A DNA stretch of 64,000 nt from Yuukianura sp. NJ FZ-2021 (GCA_046563655.1 CM102290.1:11966001-12030000), one strand, 5' to 3'; shown: positions 38,739 to 53,269, counted from the stretch's first letter. Made by a program: numbers and translations. The notes: generated by a model from the sequence alone, not told the origin.

Positions 38739-40411
38739 TTTGTACTTTTAAAATTTCCGGTGTAGTTACATATATTCCCACGTACTAAAAGCTCTTCAGT
38801 ACACAAAAAATAAAAACGTAAAATAGTAATTACTAATACATAAACTATTTAAAGAACTTTTTGTATAATATTCAACAGTTTGCCCGTGTTACTCACCATT
38901 TTCGATCCATTTTGAGTTGTGAGTTACATTAACCCCTCATCTCCAGCCGATGACTCAAGCAAAAGTCACCCCAACTAAGCATCACCTTTTGAAAAACAGA
39001 ACTTAAAAATTCGCACTGCCTCAGGTAACGCAATTATGTACTTGGTATTGTTATTAGTGACACACGCAACGGATCCACTTACGTCTCATTAGGAAGACGC
39101 AATTTACAAAGGAGCTGAAGCCGTGAGAATTCCAAATGACTTTGCGTTCTGCCAAATGTCAACTTTCTACGTTCGAGGTCACACAGGTCAACGACCCCAA
39201 AATACACAAAAGCAACTGCTATGGAGGAAGTGGCGAAATTGAAATATTTCAAATTTAAGAAAGCGGTTCTTCGTAAATCTTTGTGATTCATACAGCGATT
39301 AAAGTTCCTGTCACTTGAGAATTCCAAACAGAACTGAAAAAGGGGGAAGCAGAGGGTGATTGTTCCCGTTGAAAATCAACTTCATCCCCTGCCTGCGTCC
39401 GTTTTTTATAATTAAAAAAAATACTTTATGAAATCACTTCCTGCGTCTGTCTGTATGTCTGCTCCGCAGAATTCGAAACTTTTAAGTTTACTATACGTAT
39501 CACAAAGTTAGGTGCGACGTGTAGTTTATACCAGCAAAGTTTTCCGACAAAAACTGTAGCTGAGAATAAGCAATTTGAGAATGGGCACTACTACAAAATT
39601 TTTAACACTGTTGGAACGATACACGTTTCTGCAACATGACTCTAAATTTAACGTAGTACCGCACTCGACTCTAGGGTGAGAGTGTGCTCCATTCGGGGTT
39701 TTATGAGTTTTTGAGTGCGTTTTTTAAACTTTTTTTTCTTGTAGTGCTGGAACTGTTTTGGCTACTTTATTGCATCCGTTTGAGGTGAAGCAAGCAATTG
39801 ACTTCCTCGGTTTTTGTGTTCCCACACAATGGAGACGAAAGGCAGGTGAAGATGGATGGAAAAAGTGGTTTCTCAAGATGAAAAATCTCACCTTGAGCAA
39901 CCCTCATAAAAGCAACGAACCGAATCAAAAAACTTACAAAAATTATTATGATCTTCCTCATCCTCCATGGAGGGTGGCTCCAAAAGCCCGCTTTTTTCTT
40001 CTTTTCAAAACATAATTAAGCTCCACCATGAAATACTTACGCGTCTCGCTTTTATAGCACTGCAACTACGTAATTGTTTCAAATACCTACTTTTGATTTT
40101 TTTTTCATGCAATTCTCATGTTTTCGATGTTTTCCTTCTTCTGACTGAGTTTAGCTCTGAAAACACGTTTAAGGTTTATGTTAATTTTAATTAACTCTGA
40201 TTTTATAATTAACAGGTTTACAATTGGCGTTTGTTTTTGAGTTATACAATATTTGAACAACTTTCTTCGAAATGTTTGAGTTGAGTTTTTAAAAGTTACT
40301 TAATTTTTTGTGCACTAAACCGGTTATGATTTCACTTTTGAATTGACAAATTTCTTCTTACGTTTTGAGGGATTCCACAAACTTTCAGTTTCCGTTTTGA
40401 TAAGAAACGAG

Positions 40412-41702
40412 ATGGAAGTGACACTGCTCCTGTTCTTTGTTGTTGTGGCGGCACAAGGGCGCCATTTCCACGGAATTCAAAAATACTACGACCGGTATGC
40501 TCCAAAACCTACCATTTCCTCAGAAGCCGCCAAATTCAAACAGTGAGTTGACAATTTCGCTTCAAAATTTAAACTTGTACGGTACGGTTTCAAAGCGTTG
40601 GAACGAAATTTCAAAAGGATTTGAAAAAAAAATTGCTTCAGTCGATTTCGTACTTTGACGTTTTGAAAAAATGTATCAAACGTGTAGAAAACACTTGGAA
40701 ATTTAAAAATTTGTTGAAATTTTTTTTAGGTCTCGTCTCTGCTCGGCGTCCAACGACGGAGGCGCTCCCTACCGGTACTACAAACCAACTCGACAATGCT
40801 ACGTAGTGGGAGAAAAAGGACCCTGCGGAGACATGATGGCATTCACACTGGTCGACAGAGACTACGGTTTTAACAATTTCAATATAATATTTAATATTTT
40901 AATATAATATAATATGTAATAAAATATTTAATTACTTCAGGAACCTGTGACTGCAGTCAACAAGATAGATGTGGACGCCCATTGATTTACTGGCCTCAGC
41001 AAAAGAGATGCTACAGAGTCAATGAACAGGTTGACAACAATTAGTTTACGAGGGAACATTCCCAACCGTTCGTCAAGTTTTTGAATTTAAAAAATACAGC
41101 CATATTCTGTATGTCAAAAGAAAATTTTCTACACGCTAAAATTGCGGGGTAATTTTTTTTTTGGCGTTGGCAACCGAAACAACTGCAGAATTTTTTTTTG
41201 ACATACTGAGTATGACTCTATTTTTAAATTCCAAAAACTTGACGAACGCTTGGGAATGTTCCCTTGTCAGTTAAATATGTTAATTAAGAATATAGCTAAA
41301 AATAATTTGTTCTAGGGTCCATGCATGGCCGGGAAGTGGCTCACTTTTGGCATGTACTTGACTCCAGTGTGTAAGCGGAATCCGTGTGAACAGCACATGC
41401 GCAGAGACCCCTCCCGGGGAAGCCAGTTTTGGTTTGAAGTTGGAGGTCAATGTTTCAGAACGATGACGCAGGGTTACTGTGCTCCTGGGCAAACCCTCCT
41501 CAACCAATGGGAAGACTACAAACCAAAGTGCTACGACGCAGAGAAGCAGCTGAGGTGTGTGCAGACGTCAGTCAACGCTTTAGCCTGTCTACCGGGCATG
41601 CTCCACAACCATTCTACGGAATGCGTGTATCGGCGCTTAAACGGAACTGACGCAGGAGAAACTCTTCCGCTTCCTAATATTTACCATTTGAAACTAGAGT
41701 AA
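40412..41702 (+). CDS. Secreted cysteine-rich protein (DUF4789-like, repeated CY...GPC modules)
   Basis: Signal peptide MEVTLLLFFVVVAAQG. Exons 40412-40542, 40730-40867, 40941-41029 and 41315-41702 are in phase. Modules: QCYVVGEKGPC, GTCDC, RCYRVNEQGPC, VCKRNPC, QCFRTMTQGYC. Confidence 0.8.
41048..41267. mobile_element. MITE-like element with ~85 bp terminal inverted arms in intron 3 of the Cys-rich gene
   Basis: AGGGAACATTCCCAACCGTTCGTCAAGTTTTTGAATTTAAAAAATA... pairs with ...TATTTTTAAATTCCAAAAACTTGACGAACGCTTGGGAATGTTCCCT around a ~50 bp core. It fills most of an otherwise short intron. Confidence 0.75.
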
Positions 41703-44700
41703 AACCTAGTTCTTGACACATGTATTTAAATTAATTATCCATATGTTTATATAAATTGTTATATTTTTATATTACGTTAATTATATACAATTGTTCTGTT
41801 TATATTATATTGTTACCGTCCCATCAAAAGTTGTATGTGAACGTCATATTGCACGAAACGAAAATTTTTGGCGTCGTGATTTATTTTTGCAATTTTTGCA
41901 GCAGTAGCAGTATTATTGGCACATTTTGAATCTACAAAACGTTTGTCATGTGCGGATACTAGTTAAAACCAACCGCAAAGCATAGCGTTTCGCGACGTTA
42001 AAAATTTCCTGCCAAAAAGAAGAACGCTTGGGAAAAATATTTCGAAATTCGAAATTCGAAAATAACAACACTGCAGTGCCACAATTCTACTGCTCATTGG
42101 TTCTATTAATGCCACAACTGCGCAGGCTGTTGACCTTGCGGCAGGTCAGCTGGGTCAACATTGTCAGAAATCAACATGGTCAACAATTTGAAACTTTCTA
42201 TTTAAAAATAGAATATGAGAACAAAACAGGTCGTGCTGATGAAACTTTTGTAACTGGGAGTTTTATAACCGCTGTCTCCGGATGTGTCCAATTTTGCATC
42301 TTTTTCTCATGCTTTTTGGTCAGTTTATTTCATGATGTTGACTTTCTAACATTTTTTTGTCTGAACAAACCAGAATTTTTTGTTTTGTTTAATTAATGTT
42401 GTTTTTGTTTACCACCTTTGGATTCATTGTGGCTCGTGGCTGGATAGAAGAACTAAAGTCATTCTGTGCGGTCATGGGCCATTGTTGGTGGTGAACATTG
42501 CGCAATTTTTCGCATCTCATCGAATATTTACAACGCTCATGCTTTCATGCAGAAATTGTTGACTCAACCTCCCATAGTTGCTGCAAAATTGCAAAGTTGC
42601 AAAATTGGATCTTGCTAATTCGTGACCTTGACTTTCAACTTGGCATGACTCTCGTAGTAAACAATTGTTTGTCATAGTGGCGTCAGTTTCTTTTAAGGTA
42701 GGTTCACACCACGTGATACACGAGGTGAGTAACTAGAAACTAACTGCTAAATTCACACCTCAGGGAACCAATAACCAATCACGAAGCAGGAACAAGCCTA
42801 GTAGCTACAATTGATCACAGTTTAGGATAGTCCGCACGTCGGCGACATAAGGTCAGGTCAACGCCAAACATTTCTACACCATTGACACTCGGGCATGTCC
42901 GACATGGCAACGTCCCGTTTGTACAAAATTAGCAAAGTTGTGGAACCGGATCTGCAGCAAGTTTGGGCGAGGCACTTGTTTGTTTCAAGCAGAGTTTGAC
43001 CTTGGGTGAGGTCATCTACATCAGCTAACTAAAAACTACAGTGAAAATACAGCATTACGTAAGCCTTTTTTTGTCTGAAAAGATTATTGTAGCGCTGACG
43101 TGCCTACTGATAGTAGAAGACCAGAATTCAACGGAATTGGTATTCAACAAAAAAGTTCTTATGACGTGGGCTTGGCTTTTTAGTGCATTCAAAATGACCA
43201 ATAGGAGGTCACAGTGACAGGAAATACACAAACAACTTAACTTGTGACCTCTTGAACTAAGATTGCCCAAGCGAAGCCAAACAGCTTAACCTTAAATTGC
43301 TCCAGCAAATTCTAGCTTCTAGCATCGTTAGTGTCAGTACTTTTGGCACTAAAGTTTTCTGGAGCGTGCCATGACAAAAGTTACCAAATATTTCATAGTA
43401 AACCAAACTGGTCAACCGGAATGGAACATGAAATGACCTACTAGGCCGATTTTTTATAACTGAACTTGTTATTTGTTTCATGGTTTAGAAACGAACAATT
43501 TTTTAAACCTTTATCAAAAGCAGTGGTGAGAAAGTTGTTTGGGTGTTTACGTTGTTAATACAATTTGTAATACAATTCAGACACTGAATATGCGTCATTA
43601 AGTTTAACAACAAAAACAACAACAAGAAAGATGAATATTTTAACACAACATCTATCGTGTTCGTGACCTTCCATATACTAGATTTTCTTTTTTTCGCTTT
43701 GTATTTATAAAATTGTTAATTTTTCGTTAGTCATGTTAATTTAATCGTTGAACCTTGGCATTTAAAGGAAAAATGAAATACACCTTGCTCATTGAGGTAA
43801 GTCAAGATCACGACCGTGACCTTGACCATGACCTTTAGTAATGCTGCAGCATACAGCGCCCTCTGGTGAATACTTTTTTGTTTAAGAAACAAACTGTGGA
43901 GAGCGGCCTTACTGCAATAAGTTATGTTTGTTTGTTGTGTTGTTGAATTCTTGTGTTTTTCGTTCTATGAAGTTTTTGTAATCAAGGGCAAGGCAAAGGG
44001 CACGCAAGGATCACAGGGAGGAAGTAAGTTGGGTAATCGTTAAAGTTAACAACAAAGGGAAAAGCCTTCTAAATCTAAAGGTACACCAAAAATTCATAAT
44101 AAAATTGTCAAGTCTAACTCTAATTGTTTTCCTTTAAAGTAACACTGCGCGATTGACTCTGAATGTATTTTGTCATTTTTCTTTTTCTCACAGCTGATAT
44201 TAGAAATACTGGACGGGGGACACCTTTGTAATTGTGGCAAATCGTCAAGGTCAAGGTCATAGTCCAACTAATTTACCACTGAAGGTGATTAATGGAGTGC
44301 AACCGCTAAGCAGGTGAAGTAACGATACATACTTTGACCAGGCGAGACTACACTTTGACTTATTGACTTTGTAAGTGTGCACTAATAGATAAAAGTATTG
44401 GTACGGTAAATGCACAATTGGAGATTAATTAACTACAAATGAGTCATTTAAGGAAGGTGGTTTTGGTTGATTTCTTTTTTCTTGTTTTTTTTGGTATAGG
44501 TGGTGCATTGCATTGGGAAGGAAGATCTCCTTGATTTATTTGTGAGGTTGCGTGGTTGGAAGTAAGCGTGGCATTGAGAGAGAAGGGTGACTCGAGATTG
44601 AAACTCTTGGAGGAAGACTAACCAGCTCAGTGTTCGGGACGGGATCGTACGACACTTCTGTTTCTCCGTTCAGCACGACAAGTAGTCAGTAAGATACTAG

Positions 44701-45143
44701 GTCCAGTGCGGCATTAGTGCCCGTTTTATTTGACGCAGTTACGTGTCATGTCAACAATCGCAATCTATCTATCAATACTATCTAGATATCAAGTCTAATT
44801 CGGGCTTCACTGTTACAGGAACTGTTAACTATCTACTACTGACGTGGACTTTCAGCGTACATGTTCCGGTAACGACCAACTGACATTCATTCGCGACAGT
44901 GTCCGGTGATTGTGTACCTTTGAACTTGATACCCTAAGAACCCCTGTTTGGCTTTAGACAGCGTTAAGGAACCTGGAGGTGCCCCAAACCAGTAGTGGTA
45001 ATTCTACGTGTTCAATCACCCGGTAAAGTTTAATCGACTCATTACCATTTAGCCGGTTCTCACGTTAATCATATCCGGTGCTCATTGACCTTTCCTTTTT
45101 CAACCATAAGGAACCTAACTGACGTAGAGTAAACAGTACCGTG

Positions 45144-48100
45144 ATGACAATGGACGTCCAGTCAGTTCTACCAGACACATCTCCAGTTTTTAAACCGAAC
45201 ATAATACAAAGTAACGGGAAGATTGACGCTCGTATGGAATTTAGGCCACACCGAAATGGCTACCATCAGCATCAACAGCAGCAACAACAACAACAGTCGC
45301 CTCAGAAAAAGATTCAGTATGGGAGTTTGCCTGGATTTTCATTGAATCCGGCTTGGTAAGTTTCTGATTTTAATTTATTTTAGGAAATTAACGTTGTGCT
45401 CACTACGATCATAATAACTTTAAAATTCAACATAACAAATCTGTTTTTTGTGACAAAGGGAAGGTCGTCCAGAGTGACATACAAACCCATTTGCTAGATG
45501 AGCCACATTTAGCATTACTAATGGAAAAACGCGGTCATACAGTTGACATAGGCCTTTTGGGAGTTGTTCCGTCGCAAATATTTCTCCAGTATCATTTTAT
45601 GTCACGTCGTTGACGTCAGAAGAGCAACAACAGTCGTTTCCTTGATCGTTTCTGTGCGTGTGTACAGAAAATGGAATTAGTTTAACGTTATGATGGAATC
45701 AGCCAGCGCTCGGGCTATCTCTGGGACCTATCGGATATCTTGATTAGCAAAATGTATTATTGCTAAACAGAGTACTCGATAACATTAGAAACTGCGAAAT
45801 AACGAGTAATATTTCGACAGTTTACAAAAAAACGGTCTTTGAACTTTTGTGCCACAATTAATTAGCCGGTCATACCATCAGTTTTTCCAGTGCTTTGTTA
45901 TTGTTTTTAGTCTGAAATGTGACTCACGTTTATCGATTTGAGTCATTAATGATCTATTACTTTTTTCTAGTAATTGGAACATGCAATTGGAACCGGAGTC
46001 GTACGATGTGGCATAAACATGGTCATTAGTTCTTTCCAATACCAAAGTGTCACCCTGTAAACAGTATTACAAGTATTTTAACGACCACGTTCTCATGAAT
46101 AAGAGAATGACCCATCAAAAACTAATGGGAATCGTGCTTTCCTTGCAAACTAAAGGTGATACACGCGTAGCCTTTCGACCTCGCTTTGACCTTGTTGTGT
46201 CATTCCAACTTATAAACTTTTACACTTTTTCCGGGTTATGATACTTTCTTGATAACTTGAAATTTTAAATCAAATGTTGTCATGGAAGGTGGACAACATT
46301 TATTGTAAAATGTTTACACCGTAAAAAATGTTGTCGCTGCGATGCTGGCGTAATTATAAATCGACTACTACTGGATTCAGCATGGAGTAGGATAAATAGG
46401 CTTATTAAGACGCTCGTGATGAAGCGGTGCACGGCAATGTAAATTTATTTGAAAATGGCGGAAGTACTGGTGGTCATTACTCGATTAACTTTTGTTTGTT
46501 CCAGTGCCTGCCTCTTGATGCTGGAGACGCTGATGAGATTCTCATGGATTGCAATTCGAACGGTGTTTGTGACAGTGAACAATTGCTACTGCATTCCAAC
46601 TTACACTGTCTGGATGATCCTACTCATGCCCCTCAGAACGCTTGCCCCAAAAGCGTACTGGCGAATTGAAGGGCGCCTATTTCATTGGCTTCTGTCTATG
46701 GTCTCACTCTGGAGCTACTCAGCAGGATATCAAAGTAAGTTCAGAGTTCAACAGTTCAATGTCCAACGTATGTTTTAGTTTACAACGTAAGAGGTTGATA
46801 TGATAAGAATAATAAGGCAGAATGAATGAATTAATATTGAGTAACACGAAAAACGCAATGCAATCTAGTATGTATCATGGGTGTCAGTCGAAGTTTGAAA
46901 GTTGACACTTTTTTTCTTCAAAAAATTTGATGGATGAATGAGTTTTTTTTTAAAACTTTTTGTGTAACGTTTCGTATTTTTGGTTTTTTGCAGTTATGGA
47001 GTCGGGTGACAAAATTGATGAAGTTGCGGAGGAAGAGACTTTGGTTCTGTCCAATCATCAATCCACAAGTGACGTTCCGTTGCTAATGGCCGCATTTAAT
47101 ACTCGCAAGCACCTCCTCCCAAACTTAACCTGGATCATGGATCATATTTTTAAATTTACCAATTTCGGGGTCGTTTCTGCCCTCCATGGAGACTTTTTCG
47201 TAATTTCTGTAAGTGAATTTTAGAAAACAGGAAAGCTACAGGTTAAGTTTGAACATATTGTGACACTAATTGTGTTTTTTTTCTGGTTTTAGGGCAAGGA
47301 TGCCCGGGAGCGAACAATTTCTGAGCTGAGTAAATACCTTGGACAAGTTTACATTCCAAGAGAACGGAAATGGATAGTACTTTTTCCTGAGGGAGGATTT
47401 CTCCACAAGAGACGAGCAGTTAGTCAGAGGTAGGATTTCGTAAAGTTGAACTTAATTTTGAAATTTCAATTGAAATTGGTTTAATTTCATGTTTAGGTAT
47501 GCAGAGAAGAACAATTTGCCCCATTTCCAGCATGTCACTGTACCAAGGATGGGAGCTGTTCAAGCCATTCTGGATGGTATTGGACCAAAGGTCCCTTCAC
47601 TGCCTATTGGAGACGGAAACCACGCTAACCTGCAAAGTCGTAAGCGATTTTGTTACGTCCATGTCCATTTACATTTCCATCCAGTTAGAGTCAAGTTTTG
47701 TAATTCATTTTCAGCTGTTTCGACAGGGGGCCAATTGAAGTATATTTTGGACATTACAATTGCTTACCCGAACGGAGAGCCGCTAGACATCTTCGCTGTC
47801 GTTTCAGGTTACATTCGCCCTTGTAAAGTCCATTTGCACTACCGATTGTTTCCCATTGAGCAAGTAAGATCTTCATTCAAACCAATTGAGTCTTATTTCG
47901 CTTATTACAAGAATTCATTTTTTTTAAAATTGTAATCGTTCCAGGTCCCTACTTCGCCAGAAGCATTTCAAGCTTGGCTTCTGAAAATTTACGCAGAAAA
48001 GGAGAAAATGCTGAACAATTTTTATGAAACTGGGAAAATCGCTCCGTATTACGAGAGAAGCACAAAATGGCACAAAAATTGGGCCTACGTCAAAGAACCT

Positions 48101-48223
48101 ACGTTCGTCGATCAAGATCTCCTGCGCATGGCCATGCTGCATTCCTTCTTCATCTGTTCGTCAATACTGCATTGGACCTGTATCCAATACATGTACACAC
48201 AGTTCGTCCTCTCCTTATTTTGA
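45144..48223 (+). CDS. LPGAT1: Acyl-CoA:lysophosphatidylglycerol acyltransferase 1
   Basis: Seven exons (45144-45355, ~46504-46734, 46994-47208, 47293-47429, 47497-47639, 47715-47862, 47945-48223). Motifs: [20 protein letters not shown] (HxxxxD), [34 protein letters not shown]. Confidence 0.93.
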
Positions 48224-51200
48224 ATCAAGCATCTCTTCATCCTCACCCAACACTGCAAAGTACCGACACATCGACTTCTGTCGACATATCACCCTCAAAC
48301 TTCTAAATTCAACCACCCATGGCTCCAGCAAGTCGCAGCATGGAGTTGATTGACATGTTGACGAAATGTAAAGCTGATGTGACAAGAACTTTCTCCTTTT
48401 CTAATTGAAATTAATGCAACACTAAACGTAATGACTCGGACATGACTATACTTTTCTACTACACGTCCCGCAACCGTACACATGAAGCGTCCATCAAAAT
48501 TAAAATGATTAACGAAACTTTGGTCGGTCTCTGTTTGTCAAGGTAAATACTTTACTTATCTAGTTTTTTTAAGAGGTAAATTGTTATGGTCTAGAAATGG
48601 ACCTAAGTCAACAGAAGAAAGGAAATGTTGAGATGATATTGCCCAAAAAATATTGGAAATTGAAGTTTGAGAGTGGGGATTGACTATACTACGTTGTTAT
48701 CTGCAATTTAGTTGAAAATGTACGTGTTTACTTTTAAATGTTACACTTTACAAGGTCGTGGCTACTATGTTTACAGTTCTAGCGTAAGGTTGTAGATGAT
48801 AAACAAGAAAGAGCTCATTCCAGAAACTTGTTGTCACAATATTTCAGTAGTTATGGAAAGCAGAAAACTTGTAAGTACTTGTAAGGATTAACTGGGATTG
48901 ATATAATGCTAAATGCAACTACATTGAATTTCATGATTCTTAAATACTTCCGTGTACACGTACCTGTTTCTTACTAAAATTAGCGTCAATTGAACACGGA
49001 AATGGATTGTTTTCGAACGCTTTTGTCGTGAATTTAGGAGAACTGTACCTTATAATTCCCAATTTGAATTGGTCAGTTAACAATACTAGCAGGAGATAAG
49101 CATACTAAGAATTTATGACATTTAGGAAAAAACTGTTGCAATGTGCAAAGATCGTGCAAAACTATTTATTTGTTACGCCAGGGCGAGTGTCTTTTGTTTA
49201 TAAACTGGGGAGTACTTACTTTTAACATTAGGAAAACTAATTTGGGGTCCCTTGAGGGTACTATGGCTGTGATAGATGTGAGACACATGCTCATCCAGGT
49301 TGTCCTGGAGTCAACTTTACTTGACCCTTGACCTCTACATACACAGCAGGGCCATCTCTTGATTCTCAGTTACGGAATTTTCAAAACATAGTGTACGTTT
49401 TGTAGGTGTCAAAGTGTACGAGGTTTCAAAACAGTAACACAAACGTTAGTATATCTTTCGTTTGATGATTATGGAAATTAGTGAGATGACCTTTGACCTC
49501 TCAGGAAGATTCAGGATTGGATAACGATTCAATCCTGAATTTAGAATTCAGGCTTCAGGCATGGGCGTGTTTTGTTCCTGATACCATTGAGAGGGGTGGG
49601 GGGTACTAGATGGGGGGGGGGTCAGAGGTCAAATTAACTGAAGTGAGTCCATCTAAAGGTCACGCAAGTGCCTCTCCTATTTCCCTATACCAATATATTT
49701 GTTAAGCGAAACTGGCTAGAAACGTTGAGATTAGAGTGAAAAATTAGTTTCTGAAATATGAATTTTTGGGAAGTAGCTTCTAAAATTAAGTAGTGGGGTG
49801 AAAATTTAACAAACTTAACGTTAACCAATTGTAGAAGTTTCGGCTCTAAATAGTTGATTTGTACTTTGACAAGTATGTTACGACATGCAATTTCATGGAT
49901 TTCTGTAATTTGTATAAGGTACAAGTGAAATTAAATCCAGATGGATTAAGTACTAAAGTATCAACGTTATGCAGCTGGAAATATTCTTATGATTAATCCA
50001 CAACCTTCACGTAATGTACAGCATGGTTAATTATTTATTGTTGATTGTGAAACATTTGTTAAGGAATTATACTTGTACATGTATGAAATAAGTTAAAATA
50101 TCTAAATGTATGCGAAATTGTGTATAAACTGCTAAACGTAACTACCGTGTACAGTTAAAGTTTGCACATTTACCTAACGACTATTATATACGTTATAGAC
50201 ATGGATGTTAAATGTCAAATTTACGTTTTTTCGAAAAACCGTGTCACACTAAATTTTGAATACTGATATTTTGGAAACAGTGGGGTAATTCATGAGGGGA
50301 CGATACTTTTTTGTTAAAAAATGTTTGTAGAGACTGTTGTAAGTAGTAAGTCATTGAAATTTAGCTAAAAAGTGGACTATTTCTGACTTATTAGAGTTAG
50401 TAGAATTTTTGTTGTGAAAAATAAAATGTTATTTATCATACAAATCATCACACCTTTGCTCAATTTTTGCCAATTCTACCTGAAAAAGCTTTAGTTTCGG
50501 CTTCACAATCCGCACATGCGCAGATATTTAGAAAAAAAAATTTGCAAATTTTCAGGATGTATGACGCTAAATATGCAATGTAGGGGTGGTAAGGGTGATG
50601 TGCTCGGTGGATTTGCGGTTAGTATCTGATTAGCACTGGAACAAATGCAATGAATCTGCTTTGATAAAGTACTATCAAAGTACGGGTAAAAAATATTAGA
50701 TGCGGTGTGAGCTGGAAGCATATAGGCTAAAACCTTAGTTTTTGGAGGTCAAAGGTCATTGGAACCTCCGCATATGTTCTTGCCTAAAACCACATGAGAC
50801 AATTGAATCTACTTAGGTGATATAGGTGTGAATTACTAATCTTATGTTAGTCATAGTATGGTGTGACTCATACGAAGCATTTGGCTTATTCGACTAACCA
50901 GCATGTTCTGACCAAATGTCGTAGTCTTCTCAAAACCAAAATCTCTCCAGAACTTCCAGTAAGCCCAAAGATGCTATGAATTTTCAAAATTCTCCAGGAT
51001 TTCCTGGAAGGAGGAGCCTAAACAGTATTTGACGAAATGCAGGAAGTTGATATCCTGAAAAATGGTGGTCACCGGAACAACGGATTTGCGGAAACACGAA
51101 AAGCGTGGTTCCAGCATCCAGTTGTGTCTTGTTGACTTTTGTAACCCAATTAAAGTCTTTGTATCTGGAACTCGGCAGTTGGGAATTGGAAACCGCAAGA

Positions 51201-51528
51201 GCCACAACATGAACCAAAGCCTTCCAGAACCATGTTCCCTGTCACTTGAAATTCAGCGTTCGTGAATCCGCGTACAATTTCGGCTCTTGACCAACATCGA
51301 GACGTGGATCCACCACGACAGTTTCCCAACCGCAAGACAGTCACCCGCTTCTGGACCACAATAGCGAGAGCTGGATCCTTAATTAATTATTCACCACAAC
51401 CATTATTAGCAATTAGAAGCACCAACCAGTTGCTTCTTCGGCACTTGTGCAAAACAGCATTCAACCATTTCTCCAACTCTAGGAGTCTGGGAACGCATTT
51501 CAGTCATCTCGTTCACACTTAGCCAACA

Positions 51529-52636
51529 ATGACGAAACAATACGCCAGACTGGACCAGAGTGACAAAGAAGTGGAGTCAGCCAGTTACATTGTCAAACCG
51601 GAAGACAATGGCGGTGCTGGACGGAAACGATCGTGCTGTCTCTCCACATTCATTGTATTTGCTGTCGTGGTGATGTTTGCTGGAGGAATTGCCATTGTCG
51701 TTGGAATCTTTTTCACACCACAAGTCAATACAATGATTGACAACTACATGAAACCAGAAGGGGTCAACGCCACATCCAACGTTTCTGCACTTCCCAGCAT
51801 AAACATCACAACAACGCTTGCGCCGCCGACACTGGAACAGCTTTTGGTTGTAGTGACAACTACTGAAACGCCGACGACATTAACACCAACACTTCCGCCT
51901 GTAATAAATGACACTGTCAAAAGTGGAGAATCATATTCAAAGGAAAACGTTACACAAAGTAGCCAACCTGACGACATTGATACGACTACGGAAGAACTGG
52001 ATGAAGAAATTGCAGACGAATTGGAAGAAGAATCAGGCGAGAACGAAGAAGAACCGGAAGAAGACGAAAACGAAACGACGTCGACGACACCACTACCGTC
52101 AACAACGCATCATCCAAAGCACCATGGCAAACATATCACTGGAAAACACCATCCGAAACCTCGGCCAGAGTCGAATGAAGACGAATCAACTACTGTCGAC
52201 GATGGGCCAGAGATTCTGGACGAAGCAGAAGAGCAATTCGCTTCTTGGATGATTCGTCTTGAACGGTTCCTGGAGAAAACGACCGTGAGTGACATCCAAT
52301 CTTTGTAAACTTCGTCAATGTAGGTTTGAGCAATTGTTAATTAGTTTAACGATTAACGGATTGCAGGGAATCCATCGTCCGGAGCTCGTCGTTCCTCTGT
52401 TTATGCTGCTTTGCTTCATTGGGTCAATGACATTGGCGTGTTGCTGCTGCTACATCATGGGAAAGAGGCGTGACAGTCACAGAAGGAGGATTCTGGGGGT
52501 AAGTTGAGAAAATCTGCAATAAATTAAATTTAGGTTAAATTACTAAACAAAGTATATTTTGAAATAGAAAATTATTACCGATCTTCAGACGGGAGACTCC
52601 AAGTCCGTTCTGCTGGGTCATGATGGAGATGACTGA
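51529..52636 (+). CDS. Uncharacterised two-TM protein with Thr/Glu/His-rich luminal loop
   Basis: Exons 51529-52284, 52367-52498 and 52568-52636 are in phase. TM1 is FIVFAVVVMFAGGIAIVVGIFF, followed by a Thr-rich and acidic loop with several N-x-S/T sites. TM2 is LVVPLFMLLCFIGSMTLACCCCYIM, followed by basic residues. Confidence 0.8.
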
Positions 52637-52940
52637 GAATTCAATTGGCACAAAATGCAATAATTTCCAGTTTAATTTACTAACTTGATAGTTAATAACA
52701 TTTAAATGACTATATTCCATTTGGAGATCCTTACGCCATACATATGACGACTCTCCAGTGCCCCTAATATAAAAATGAAAATGTTTCCAGCTCTACTATT
52801 CTTACCGTACAAAATAAATAAACGTTTGACCCATTCTATTTATAGTGATTGACTTGATAGCATCTAAGCGATTAAGTATTGGCTATTGGTAATGGTAATT
52901 GTTGAAGTTTGGATTTGTGAATTGATCGTTCAGCACTAGA

Positions 52941-53269
52941 TTAACCGCTAGGATCCTTCCCCTTCATTCCTTCGTGTTTCTCTACCTCCTTTACGTCTAT
53001 CTTCAGCCGAACAATGGCAGCCTAGAATTTTAATCCAATGCAATAATTTTTAGTGAACCATTTGTTTGGTTTAGGTATTGCCAAGGGCAACTGACAAGGT
53101 TGAGGTGTTAAAAATGGCAGCATACCTTAACACACATTTGATATTGTTCCAGGTACTTGTCACACACGGAGATATTATGGTCGCCTTCCAGAAACCGAGA
53201 AAACCAGACATTGAAGCAGTCGTCATAGCGTTTCTTGAGCTCATTACATTCAGGACTAAGACTACCCAT
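52941..53269 (-). CDS. TRIAP1: TRIAP1/Mdm35 twin-CX9C mitochondrial intermembrane-space protein (74 aa)
   Basis: Not in the ORF track. Exons 53269-53126 and 53021-52941 give MGSLSPECNELKKRYDDCFNVWFSRFLEGDHNISVCDKYLEQYQMCVK|AAIVRLKIDVKEVEKHEGMKGKDPSG*. It has two CX9C motifs and the YD.CFN.WF...FL.GD hallmark. Confidence 0.92.

Noticed and set aside
39758..40194. Short ORFs upstream of Vang
   Set aside because: No consistent exon chain or motif could be built; left unannotated.
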